Shown here: in pieces, positions 50,350 through 59,440 of the stretch
Numbering within the stretch: the first letter of the stretch is position 1
How the letters are laid out: each line of letters begins with the position of its first letter
Origin: Candidatus Poribacteria bacterium
Lineage (GTDB): Bacteria; Poribacteria; WGA-4E; WGA-3G
Assembly: GCA_965205025.1 (NCBI GenBank)
Contig: CBDBFU010000010.1
Span: 1 to 64,000, forward strand
DNA: 64,000 bases
Direction: 5' to 3'
The notes under the pieces: model-generated
The model's input: the letters and a program-made list of their open reading frames with translations, nothing else
Told to the model about the DNA's origin: nothing
The model's database searches: none
Made by a program: the position numbers and the translations under genes

Positions 50350-52125
50350 TTATTCATATCGGCTATTTATCTTATGTGCGTTTGGCATTTTGACATACAC
50401 ACCACCTGTTTGTATTGCGACTTGTTGTTGAAACTTATCAGAAGTTCCAATCACACTTACGACGACAGGTATATCTTTTAGATAGCCGATAGTTCCTGCT
50501 ATAGAAAATTTTGGGTCTCCAGGTTCATCCGTGATGAAAATAAAATGTGTTTTTGCCTTTGCTCGTATTTTGAGGCGTCTGGTAGCATCAGTAATTGCTT
50601 GAAGTAGGTTTTCATCGTCAGAATAAGGTAGTTTTAATATGCTGTGTATTTTCTCTTGTGTTTGTGGTGGTTTGTAGACATTTACCATATTGACACCTTG
50701 TTTTGCGCGGAAGCGCACAACCCCTAATCTATAGTCAATCAGTGCGATATCCCAATCGCGTATCCAAAAATCTATCTGTTGCTTGAGATACGGCATTTTA
50801 TCTTCCATGCTTTTACTGCCATCAATAAACAAGATAATATCTACTGGCATACTTGCGGCATCTTTTAGTATTACTTTGCTGATTGTCTGAGTGGTACGTG
50901 GACTACTTATAGGTGTAGGTGTTTTTTGCACAATTGTATCTTCTGGAACAGCGTGCCATATCCCTCCTGTTTCTCTTGCGAGACGTTTGTGATCTTGATT
51001 GTCAACACCAAGCACATTCACATGAATTTGTTTTTTTTGACATTGCTGGATGACTTGATGTGCTGTTAGCCCTTGTCGACTTGTGAGTTGTTGTTCATCT
51101 GAGACGAGAATAAGATGTTTGATGGTATTTTTACGGAACCGCATTTTTTTCACAGTTTCATCAATTGCGTCCAATAGGTTTTGACCACCACCCGCTTGTA
51201 TTGCGTAGAGTGGGTGTTTTATATAGTCAACATTTGTTGTCAACGGGTGCACCTCAATATAGTTCTCCCCGTTTCCAATTGTTGTGAATAGGGTAAGTCC
51301 AAGCGCATAGTCACTTTCCGATGCTTCGTAAACATCAATCATTTGCCCCAGATGTTGTGGAACAGCCTTTATATTATCTACCATAGAGCCACTGGTATCG
51401 ACAACAAATACTACATCAATCGGTGCCCCGGCACTTTTTCCTATAATATCTTCAGCAATGCTCTTTATAGTGTTGCCAAACAATGAGCCGCCTCCTCCTA
51501 CACCTGCGCCAATCTCAGCAACACCGTCCGCCGTACCTGTACCTGTGCCTGTGCCTCTCATGTTTAGTCCTTTCCCTATCCCCTTACCTTTTCCAGGCGA
51601 TTTCACACCGGTTCCCTTGCGTCTGCTATAACTTTTTGTGAGTGTGTCACCTATATCCGAAGCAGTAGAAGAGAGGATGGATTCTGCGGATGCAGTCAAC
51701 TTCGCATCTGTAGATAAATTGGGTGTCTCGGACAATTCGGGTGGGTTGACATCTATATTTTTGGGGGCAGGGGATTGCATACCTCCGCCTGCGCGAGCAG
51801 GTGTGTCCATTTTCTTTATCTCTACGGATTGTTCAGGCTTTACAACGTTTACCTGCTTCCGGATAGTTCTCTTTTCCAGTGTTGGCATTTCTACCTTTGG
51901 TTTCGGGATCTCTTTCTTAAGAATAGGCATCGGTTGTTTCTTAGTGATCCGTGGCAACTCTTTAATAAACTCTATCTCCATTTCGTCTTCTATAACTGAC
52001 ACTTCAGTTTGAATAAAAAAGAGAGCATACACGATAATCATAATGACATGGACAACCACAGAAATCCGCAGTGCGTATTTACGATATTTTGCCCGTAGAA
52101 CTTTATGCATAAGCCATTTATTCAT
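50350..52125 (-). CDS. Membrane-anchored protein with a Pro/Gly-rich linker and two vWA domains
   Basis: MIDAS motifs VVDTSGSM and FIDGSKSM; VSDE and ITDE; N-terminal TM. Confidence 0.9.
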   Translation of the reverse strand: MNKWLMHKVLRAKYRKYALRISVVVHVIMIIVYALFFIQTEVSVIEDEMEIEFIKELPRITKKQPMPILKKEIPKPKVEMPTLEKRTIRKQVNVVKPEQSVEIKKMDTPARAGGGMQSPAPKNIDVNPPELSETPNLSTDAKLTASAESILSSTASDIGDTLTKSYSRRKGTGVKSPGKGKGIGKGLNMRGTGTGTGTADGVAEIGAGVGGGGSLFGNTIKSIAEDIIGKSAGAPIDVVFVVDTSGSMVDNIKAVPQHLGQMIDVYEASESDYALGLTLFTTIGNGENYIEVHPLTTNVDYIKHPLYAIQAGGGQNLLDAIDETVKKMRFRKNTIKHLILVSDEQQLTSRQGLTAHQVIQQCQKKQIHVNVLGVDNQDHKRLARETGGIWHAVPEDTIVQKTPTPISSPRTTQTISKVILKDAASMPVDIILFIDGSKSMEDKMPYLKQQIDFWIRDWDIALIDYRLGVVRFRAKQGVNMVNVYKPPQTQEKIHSILKLPYSDDENLLQAITDATRRLKIRAKAKTHFIFITDEPGDPKFSIAGTIGYLKDIPVVVSVIGTSDKFQQQVAIQTGGVYVKMPNAHKINSRYE

Positions 52126-52137
52126 AGCAATTCTTCC

Positions 52138-53295
52138 TTATTTAGACTTGATATGCAGATGCACATCTGTTATTGCCAGTGGGGTTTGATATTTATCTAA
52201 CACCTCTATTCTAAGTCTGACTTTTTTTGTCCGAGCTTGTTTATCCGCAGTAATCGGCATACGCATTGTTTCAAATCCGTTTTTAGCGATGTTGAAGGTT
52301 TTATCAGACATTTTATATCGCAAGTTCCCGATTGTTTTTGGGAGTATACGGACTTTCAGATCTTTCGCAGTTCCGCCCTGATTAGAGATTATCAACTTGA
52401 GTCTAACACTTTCACCCGCTTCAATGTAGCCGTCCTTATTGTCCGGTTCTTCTAAAGTGGTATCAATTGAGATTTCGGGTGGCGTGGGTTGTGGTAAAAT
52501 CATTTTGAAACCACCATATCTATATGCGATAAATACGGCAGTCATAAGAATAGCGATGGGAACTAAGTATTTTATGAGTTTCTTCTGTAGTCGCCTCTGT
52601 CTTTCTTTGTTTGCCAGATAAGCGATGCCTTCTTGGAGTTGTTGTGCAGGCTGGTATGATGGATTAAGCCGTAATGCCTCGTCTACTTGGGTCTTGGCAT
52701 CCGTCAACACGCCAGTTTCCATGTAGCTTTGTGCGAGATTGTAATGAGCGATGGCATGGTTCGGTGAAGCTTTCAGCACTTTCTTGAATGCTGTTTCGGC
52801 TTGTGGATATTGCTTATTTGCAAGGAATACGATACCGCGCTCCAACTCTGTGTCAATATCAATATCATTTTCTTTGGGTGGTGTTTTCTCTTTTTCAGGA
52901 AGGGTTGTCGGGTTAGGTTGCTTTGGCGTATCTTCTTTTTCAACGGGTTTCTCGATCACATTGGGTTGTTCTGTCGGAAGGACAGCTACTTGTGGTGTTG
53001 CGGGCATACTCGGTTCAATGGCTTGTAGAAAGGAGAGTATAGGTTGGTAGGTTATATCAATCCGTAGGGCTTCTCTTGCAGCGTCTTTTGCGTCTTGGAG
53101 TCGTTGCTGCTGTAAGTAGGCAAGGGCGAGGGCGTGATAGGCTTCAATAAAATCTGAATCAAGGGATATAGCCTGCTCAAAGTGTGTTACTGCTTCATCA
53201 TATTGCCCCTCTCTTAGATATGCGTTCCCCAGTGTGTAGTGTCCATCTCTGATTTCGTTCATAGCCTCGCAATACCTCTGGTTTGTGGTAAACAC
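52138..53295 (-). CDS. TPR-containing membrane protein with a C-terminal beta domain
   Basis: Two TPR clusters, a TM helix, then DGYIEAGESVRLKLIISNQG. Confidence 0.85.
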   Translation of the reverse strand: MFTTNQRYCEAMNEIRDGHYTLGNAYLREGQYDEAVTHFEQAISLDSDFIEAYHALALAYLQQQRLQDAKDAAREALRIDITYQPILSFLQAIEPSMPATPQVAVLPTEQPNVIEKPVEKEDTPKQPNPTTLPEKEKTPPKENDIDIDTELERGIVFLANKQYPQAETAFKKVLKASPNHAIAHYNLAQSYMETGVLTDAKTQVDEALRLNPSYQPAQQLQEGIAYLANKERQRRLQKKLIKYLVPIAILMTAVFIAYRYGGFKMILPQPTPPEISIDTTLEEPDNKDGYIEAGESVRLKLIISNQGGTAKDLKVRILPKTIGNLRYKMSDKTFNIAKNGFETMRMPITADKQARTKKVRLRIEVLDKYQTPLAITDVHLHIKSK

Positions 53296-53341
53296 ATCAT
53301 AACATGCACGTCGTAGGGGTTATCCTTTTGCTGAGTTCATA

Positions 53342-53722
53342 TTATGGATTGGTCTTAGATTTATGCTTGTCTATCCGTTCCTGCCGTTCTTTCCGTAAAT
53401 CTCTGAACATATATTTAAAAGATTTTTTTATGCCTGTATTTGGGTATTTCACGGATAGATACACCGAAAGATGTAATGCACCGACTGCGATTGTAACCAA
53501 TGTCTCTAACACCAACTCAAGATCCGAATAGAAAATGCTAGCCATAATGAAAGAAGCGAGAAAAAAGTAAAGGCATTGTACTAAACCTGAATCACTCATG
53601 CTAAATTTTTCTCTATCCGCATTTACTATCATCCGTAAAACAAGATAAATGATTGTTGTATAATAGTATGCGATACATGTGGACACAAAGAATCGTAATA
53701 TCCGAATCAGTATATCTACCAT
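53342..53722 (-). CDS. Hypothetical membrane protein
   Basis: Three hydrophobic segments and a basic tail. Confidence 0.6.
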   Translation of the reverse strand: MVDILIRILRFFVSTCIAYYYTTIIYLVLRMIVNADREKFSMSDSGLVQCLYFFLASFIMASIFYSDLELVLETLVTIAVGALHLSVYLSVKYPNTGIKKSFKYMFRDLRKERQERIDKHKSKTNP

Positions 53723-53802
53723 AGTGAATGTTGCCAGTGATTTTATTTACACGCAACTGGCTGCGTTTGATTTTAGGATTGTGGGTTCTGTATGTCAATA
53801 CA

Positions 53803-54010
53803 TGTGTCCGAGTATTGACACAATGGATTTTAGGAGTGTGAGCCTTACCATCGCTTATTTCTTCTGGTTTGTGCTAAACACCTAAGCGATGTTCATAGCA
53901 GCATTGACGTCCTGTTTGGTTCATAGTATTTGATCGCCACTAAAGTTCTATTTCAACTTTTATTATATCATAAATGTACCAAATTGGTAAATAACAGCAT
54001 TCTATAGATT
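53803..54010 (-). repeat. ~205-bp promoter + structured leader repeat, copy 1
   Basis: Near-identical to 57965-58169; TTTACC-18bp-TATAAT promoter with an extended -10 TG; internal stems. Confidence 0.9.
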
Positions 54011-54309
54011 TATAGAAATCAAAGGATATTTTATAACTATGAAAATACAACATTATTCGTTAGGCGACATTGGTTGTATTTTGATTCTACTCTTTTGTAT
54101 AGCGGGGTGTTCCGATGTGTCTTTAGACTTAAATGTTCAGATGGAGGGTATAACGGAATCAGGAAGGGAATGTCGGATTCAATATTAACTATTTATGGCA
54201 TTCCTATTAAGGTAATGTGTACGTGTTGTTCAAAATTTGCATGCGTTTGGCGGGTTTTTCATAGTGCTGCAATAGAATGTTCTTTTGTGTCAGGAAATTG
54301 TTCTTTACA

Positions 54310-54427
54310 ACGTGAGTTTGATAATAGATATATGTACTTCATTTTTCAATAATTTTAATCTTATTGACCCAGTAGGTGTGGTTTCCTAAACACACCGAAC
54401 ATAAAATCTGATTTATCAAACTCCCGT
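54310..54427. mobile_element. MITE with ACGTGAGTTTGATAA ends carrying a GTAGG-type REP
   Basis: Same ends as 12987-13147; TCTTTA flanks both sides; cargo GTAGGTGTGGTTTCCTAAACACACC. Confidence 0.75.
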
Positions 54428-54480
54428 TCTTTATAGCATCATAAAACTATGAAATTATAAGGCTATAGGATTGTATGGTT

Positions 54481-54651
54481 CTATTTTTTAAAAGTACTTG
54501 CGATAGAAGTCCAAGCCAGATATATTCCAGTGATAGTGATCCCCATAATAACGATTGCTTCAAACCCAGTGTCAAATTTCTCATAAAATACTTCGCGAAC
54601 GAGCATCATGGTCATAAATATTAAAAATATAAACGAAACTATAAATCTCAT
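54481..54651 (-). CDS. 56-aa 2-TM small membrane protein (below the ORF-track cutoff)
   Basis: AAGGTAGG RBS; MRFIVSFIFLIFMTMMLVREVFYEKFDTGFEAIVIMGITITGIYLAWTSIASTFKK. Confidence 0.6.
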   Translation of the reverse strand: MRFIVSFIFLIFMTMMLVREVFYEKFDTGFEAIVIMGITITGIYLAWTSIASTFKK

Positions 54652-54844
54652 ATTAAACCTACCTTAAAGAATGTAAGCGTAAGTTTATAAGATTTCGTTT
54701 ATTGTGTCAAGTTGAAACGATAGGCGAATAAACTTGACTTCGTTGAAAACTTCTAATATATTAACTTTAATGGATAAGAATATCAGATCTACCTCTGGTA
54801 AAATCTTACCCTTATCTAAGAACCTAATACAAGGAGCATTTATT

Positions 54845-55012
54845 ATGTTAGACAAAAAGACCAATTCAATCAAAAAACAACCCAAAAACAAAAAACGGAT
54901 TACAACACCTAAACGGAAAAAGAGGAAATACAATCCCTATATGGTTGCGGGGGGTGATTCCGAGGGAAAAGTAACTTACACTTATCCCACTGGTAATTCT
55001 GAAGATTATTAG
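54845..55012 (+). CDS. Small lysine-rich protein (55 aa)
   Basis: AAGGAG RBS before MLDKKTNSIKKQPKNKKR. Confidence 0.5.
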   Translation: MLDKKTNSIKKQPKNKKRITTPKRKKRKYNPYMVAGGDSEGKVTYTYPTGNSEDY

Positions 55013-55017
55013 AATTA

Positions 55018-55920
55018 TAGTTAAAAGCAAAAATACCTTTACATTTTTCTGATTTTGTGATAATAGTTATATTATGAGATATTCACCAGACTTACGAAAA
55101 CGCGTTCTTGATTTCATAGCAGCAGGTGGTAGTAAAGCAGAAGCTTCCCGTAGATTTCAAGTTTCACGCAGATCTATCTACAACTGGTTAGACGCAGTAG
55201 ATCCTTTTACTTATGAAAAACCGGGGCCTCGTAAACCTTATCGGCTTGACCCAGAAGCACTCGCTGAACATGTCAAAGAATTCCCAGACAGCACGCAGAA
55301 GGAGCGTGCTGCACATTTTGGCGTGTCACAGCGGTGTATCTGTTATGGTCTGAAGCGGATCGGATGCACGCGAAAAAAAGACATTTACCTATAAAGAACA
55401 ATGCCCAGTCAAACAGGAGGCCTATCTCACCCAACTTCAGACAGCACTTGTGAACGGAAAAACACCTGTTTTTGTTGAGGAAAGCGGTTTTAGCACAGAA
55501 AGTGTTCGTCAGTTCGCTTATGCGCCAAGAGGGGTTTGCGTATCGGATAAAATCTCAAGCAATCGGTATAGATGCACTACGCTGATTGCTGCACAAATAC
55601 AAGGGCGTTTCACGGCTCCTGTACTTTTTGAAGGTGCTTGTGATACGCTTGCCTTCAATGCGTGGCTTGAGAGCGTGCTGTGTCCACTACTTGACGCATC
55701 ATACGTTGTCATATTGGATAATGCGTCTTTCCATAAAAGCCAGCAAACAGAGGCATTGATTGCTGCCTGTGGTGCGAGTTTACTTTTTTTACCTCCGTAT
55801 TCGCCTGAACTCAATCCTATTGAAAGAGATTTCGCGAACATAAAACGTAAATGGGAATACAATGCTGAAGCGTCAATCGATGAAATCGTAAAAATGTATA
55901 AATAATTATGATTTCCACTA
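55018..55920 (+). mobile_element. IS630-family insertion sequence, copy 2
   Basis: TA duplication at 55016-17 and 55921-22; differs from copy 1 at only a few positions. Confidence 0.95.
55074..55905 (+). CDS. IS630 transposase (frameshift-joined), first catalytic Asp changed to Glu
   Basis: A7G at 55373-55380; VEESG here versus VDESG in copy 1. Confidence 0.88.
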
Positions 55921-55956
55921 TAAATATTTCTCAAAATACGGAGGGAGGAAATATCA

Positions 55957-56418
55957 ATGAAAACTGTTTTATTTTTTTCAATACTACTCTGTTTAATAAC
56001 GGTGCCGACTTTTGGCGAGCTGTTACCTGCAGACCTTGATAAGATCCGTTTGATTGTCAAAGAAGAAAACGCTCCTATAAAGGCTGAAATCGCATCTATA
56101 AAAACTGATATTGCCTGGGTGCGTGGTAAATTTGAGGGTGTTGATGAACAGTTCGAGAGCGTTAGTAAACAAATCACACATGCAACAAATGTCACATACG
56201 CCCTCATAGCCCTTATTGTGTTCGCTGTTGGTATTCCACAGATCATCATTGCAAGGCGTAGTAAAAAGGAGTTCGGAAACGTGGTAAAGCTTGAAACCCT
56301 CACACGCGAAGAAATTGAGGCAATAATCGAAACCCTCACACGCGAAATTAAAGAAAATAATGAAACCCTTACACGCGAAGTCGAGGCCTTGAAACAGCAG
56401 CACATTGCCAATCCTTGA
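55957..56418 (+). CDS. Hypothetical membrane coiled-coil protein with three ETLTRE repeats
   Basis: GGAGG RBS; signal peptide, coiled coil, TM; GAAACCCTYACACGCGAA three times. Confidence 0.75.
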   Translation: MKTVLFFSILLCLITVPTFGELLPADLDKIRLIVKEENAPIKAEIASIKTDIAWVRGKFEGVDEQFESVSKQITHATNVTYALIALIVFAVGIPQIIIARRSKKEFGNVVKLETLTREEIEAIIETLTREIKENNETLTREVEALKQQHIANP

Positions 56419-56459
56419 TTCTTTTCATGAAATAATTCTCTCAGCTATCTTTTGCCTTT

Positions 56460-56741
56460 TTACTCCCATTTAATGACGCATTTGTTACTCAATGCGTCAG
56501 GTTCTGGATGGAACGGAGACGTTACACCTATGACTGCTATTTCCCATGTATCAGCACTAACACTAACAATCAAGCTGTCTGCTAATAGATTTAGTCGTTC
56601 AGCAATTGTCTCTTCTTCCCAGGAATCCAATGTATACATTTCTTCACACACATACGTAGTCATACCCTTGAAAGTCAAAAAAGCATAAGTAAGATAGTGT
56701 GTTTCAGGGTAAATCCCTAATAATTTTGATGGGTAATACAT
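56460..56741 (-). CDS. Hypothetical protein
   Basis: 93-aa ORF co-directional with three upstream genes. Confidence 0.45.
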   Translation of the reverse strand: MYYPSKLLGIYPETHYLTYAFLTFKGMTTYVCEEMYTLDSWEEETIAERLNLLADSLIVSVSADTWEIAVIGVTSPFHPEPDALSNKCVIKWE

Positions 56742-56778
56742 ACTATCTTAATAAGCACAGCATTACGGACTAAAATAC

Positions 56779-57027
56779 CTACGAAATGTCATTTTCCGAA
56801 TCGTTATTTTTCTTACGGTTCATACAAAATAAAATAATATTGCCAACAATCCATGCTAAAAACCACCAAATGCCGAGTCCAAGCAACTGATACGGCCACG
56901 TAGCAGCACCAACAACTAATACTACTATAGAACCAATCACGGCAAACGCAAAACAAGCAGACTTTAACCGATGTCTTTTTGTGACAATTGCAATAATGAT
57001 TAAAAGAATGATTAAAGACACAATCAT
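56779..57027 (-). CDS. Small membrane protein
   Basis: AGGAGA RBS; three hydrophobic segments. Confidence 0.7.
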   Translation of the reverse strand: MIVSLIILLIIIAIVTKRHRLKSACFAFAVIGSIVVLVVGAATWPYQLLGLGIWWFLAWIVGNIILFCMNRKKNNDSENDIS

Positions 57028-57066
57028 AGGACTAATAATCTCCTACCTTCGTGGCAAACTTGGTTG

Positions 57067-57576
57067 TTATTTCTTTTTAATATGAATTATCCCTAAATTA
57101 TCTAATGCCTCTGCAAATACTTGTCTTGGTGTTTGCTGAGGTCTGTATTGTTCATAATGGATAGGCAATTGTATCACTGCTAAAATTTCCTGTGTTTCTC
57201 GCTTCGAAATCTTAACCTGTTGCATTGTTTCGTATGATTGTACAATGTAGTCCGCTGTAAAATCATCCAATTCAAAATACCATTCGGTTTTAGATGCTTT
57301 TTGAGTTGACCTCTCTGCTTTGTTTTTCTCTTTTTCATGGGCTGCTTGTTCTTGCTCAACATATTTTATCGCAGGTCGCAAATGGACACTGACGTGGCAA
57401 CTGATAAGGATATGTTCAATTTTATTAGAGAAAGCAATTTCGCGTTCTGTGTAGTCTAAAGGGAGGACAATAAAAGACGGATTCTTCGGAACATTGCGAT
57501 AGACAACAAAATTGGTCGTGTGTGAACTACAGCCAACTAAGGTTGATATAAAGATTAACAGAAAAATAGTTTTCAT
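57067..57576 (-). CDS. Lipoprotein
   Basis: AGGAGA RBS; MKTIFLLIFISTLVG-C lipobox. Confidence 0.75.
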   Translation of the reverse strand: MKTIFLLIFISTLVGCSSHTTNFVVYRNVPKNPSFIVLPLDYTEREIAFSNKIEHILISCHVSVHLRPAIKYVEQEQAAHEKEKNKAERSTQKASKTEWYFELDDFTADYIVQSYETMQQVKISKRETQEILAVIQLPIHYEQYRPQQTPRQVFAEALDNLGIIHIKKK

Positions 57577-57662
57577 TATATTATCTCTCCTTGTGATCGT
57601 ATGTTCGCTGTTTAGATCACCATTATTAACTATTTGTGCCGTTCTTATTAAGGTAAAATTAT

Positions 57663-58013
57663 TCATTTATTCGTGTCGTGTATTTTTGAGTGGCAGTCTT
57701 TACACAGTGCGGTGAGGTCTGTGTCTTTCTCGTTGTAAATGCGTTCGTATGTCTCATGATGCACTTGAGTTGCCCGTTCTCCACATTTACGACATTTATA
57801 GTTCGCCATTCTGAGTATTTTGCGTCTTTTCGCTTTCCATTCTTTAGACTGGAGATACTCATGATAGTTCTCGCGTCTAAAGTCCCATAGCAAGGACTTT
57901 AAAGCTTTAGATGTGTTGTCAGTATGGTTTTTCTTGACCGATCGATTGTTTTTGCGTGTGTTTTTGTGTCCGAGTATTGACACAATGGATTTTAGGAGTG
58001 TAAGCCTTGCCAT
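57663..58013 (-). CDS. Small HNH endonuclease
   Basis: YLQSKEWKAKR, CRKC, QVHHETY, DLTALCKDCHSKIH. Confidence 0.9.
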   Translation of the reverse strand: MARLTLLKSIVSILGHKNTRKNNRSVKKNHTDNTSKALKSLLWDFRRENYHEYLQSKEWKAKRRKILRMANYKCRKCGERATQVHHETYERIYNEKDTDLTALCKDCHSKIHDTNK

Positions 58014-58169
58014 CGCTTATTTCCTCTGGTTTGTGCTAAACACCTAAGCGATGTTCATAGCAGCATTTGATGTCCTGTTTGGTTCATAGTATTGATCGCC
58101 ACTAAAGTTCTATTTCAACTTTATTATATCATAAATGTACCAAATTGGTAAATAGCAGCATTCTATAGA
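57965..58169 (-). repeat. ~205-bp promoter + structured leader repeat, copy 2
   Basis: Near-identical to 53803-54010; supplies the ATG and first 16 codons of the HNH ORF. Confidence 0.9.
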
Positions 58170-58429
58170 GGGTATGTAAATAATTTGTCACTATATGCGT
58201 CTATTTTGTAGCATAAACTGGTTAGTTTGTGCTATATCGCAAGGCGCAATCTGGATGAAGATTGCGATACAAATATCGGGCGGGTAGACCCCGCCCCTAC
58301 GAAGAGGAAGAGAAGAGTCGGGAATCGGAGTTCGGAATCAACGGTATGAATGCCATTTAGGCATTCCCCGCCTACAGAAGAGTCTAATGAGTAAATTAAC
58401 ACCTATGGTGATAAAAACTTTACACACCC
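58170..58429. mobile_element. IS256-like-ended MITE with a 9-bp duplication, carrying several REP hairpins
   Basis: TTCTATAGA at 58161-69 and 58430-38; the paralogous site at ~54000 is empty. Confidence 0.9.
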
Positions 58430-58449
58430 TTCTATAGATTACGGTTATT

Positions 58450-58598
58450 TATAGTAAACTTTAGATTTAATTAGACACTTTACTTGTAGGAGCGACCTCC
58501 TGGTCGCGACCGGGAGGTCGCTCCTACAGAAGAGGTGTGGGACGCGAACGTAAGTTGAGCCAATAGAAAATGTAGTATTCATTTTATTGTTTACTATA
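58450..58598. mobile_element. TA-flanked IS630-type MITE with a GTAGGAGCGACCTCC palindrome
   Basis: TATAGTAAAC...GTTTACTATA ends; internal TGTAGGAGCGACCTCC/GGAGGTCGCTCCTACA stem. Confidence 0.7.
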
Positions 58599-58643
58599 GT
58601 TTTAAGAATTTCTTGTTAATGTGTGTTACTTAGAGTTTATCTT

Positions 58644-58718
58644 GTAAGTTAGATTGACTTCGCGAAACCCAACAGGACCCAAAGATTTCGGGTTTCGCTC
58701 CGCTCTACCCGACCTACA
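58644..58718. repeat. REP-like doublet (GTAGGTCGGGTAGAGCGGAGCGAAACCCGA type)
   Basis: One intact unit on the minus strand at ~58687-58717 and a degenerate inverted partner upstream. Confidence 0.6.
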
Positions 58719-58806
58719 AAGATTATTCACTTGGGAGTATGTCAATTGAGTCTCTGTAGATTGGTGTCCGATTGGACAATGTTTGTGGTATTCATCATCA
58801 GTTTGT

Positions 58807-59316
58807 TTAGTGGGTTCTCCAACCGCCTTTGTAGGTTTGTATAAGCCCATCGCCATTTTTATCTGCACCGATGATGACAACTTGCTTTCCTACTGTGTTA
58901 AGGACTTCTATACCCCCGCCATTTTCATCTGAATAGATGCCGGCAGCGAGCTTTCCTCTTGAATCGTAAACGTGTATAACCCCACCAAATTCACCACCAA
59001 CTGAAAAAATGCCGGCAGCGTTCTTTCCTTCTGGGTTGCGGACTGACATTAACCCGCCAGAGTCACCTACACAAATGCTGGCAACCACCTTTCCTGCTGG
59101 GTTGTAAAAATTCATATCTCTTAAAAATCCATTGATACGGGCAACGGTTTTTCCTTCTATGTTGACAACTTCCAATTCTCTACAAACGATTTTATCAAGC
59201 ACCTGTTCATCTTGTTGTGCGTGTGTAGCACTACCACCCAGTGATGCGAGGATGTATCCTGCGATGGTAAATAGACACCCGATACACATATATCCTATCT
59301 TTTGTTTGAAATTCAT
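58807..59316 (-). CDS. Hypothetical exported protein with Gly-rich beta repeats
   Basis: GGAGA RBS before MNFKQKIG; repeated N..GK.AA.I....GG units. Confidence 0.75.
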   Translation of the reverse strand: MNFKQKIGYMCIGCLFTIAGYILASLGGSATHAQQDEQVLDKIVCRELEVVNIEGKTVARINGFLRDMNFYNPAGKVVASICVGDSGGLMSVRNPEGKNAAGIFSVGGEFGGVIHVYDSRGKLAAGIYSDENGGGIEVLNTVGKQVVIIGADKNGDGLIQTYKGGWRTH

Positions 59317-59440
59317 TATTGGTTCTCCGAATGGTTGTATTCTAAATTCATGATTAGTATATCGCTTTTTGAGTGCAGGGGTTTTGCGTCTCCCTGCAGG
59401 ACGTTTCAAAAGGATTCTTATGAAAAATCGTGTTTAATCT

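Noticed and set aside
54055-54260. Possible RAYT/HUH transposase remnant (an HVH tripeptide on the minus strand)
   Set aside because: The match is too short and interrupted by stops to support.
55518-56411. 297-aa minus-strand ORF and similar antisense ORFs (e.g. 9787-10326, 34409-34780, 62500-63060)
   Set aside because: Shadow frames opposite well-supported genes or the IS, with no motifs.
57663-58013. IscB or Cas9 identity for the HNH ORF
   Set aside because: Only 116 aa, with no PLMP or RuvC motifs.
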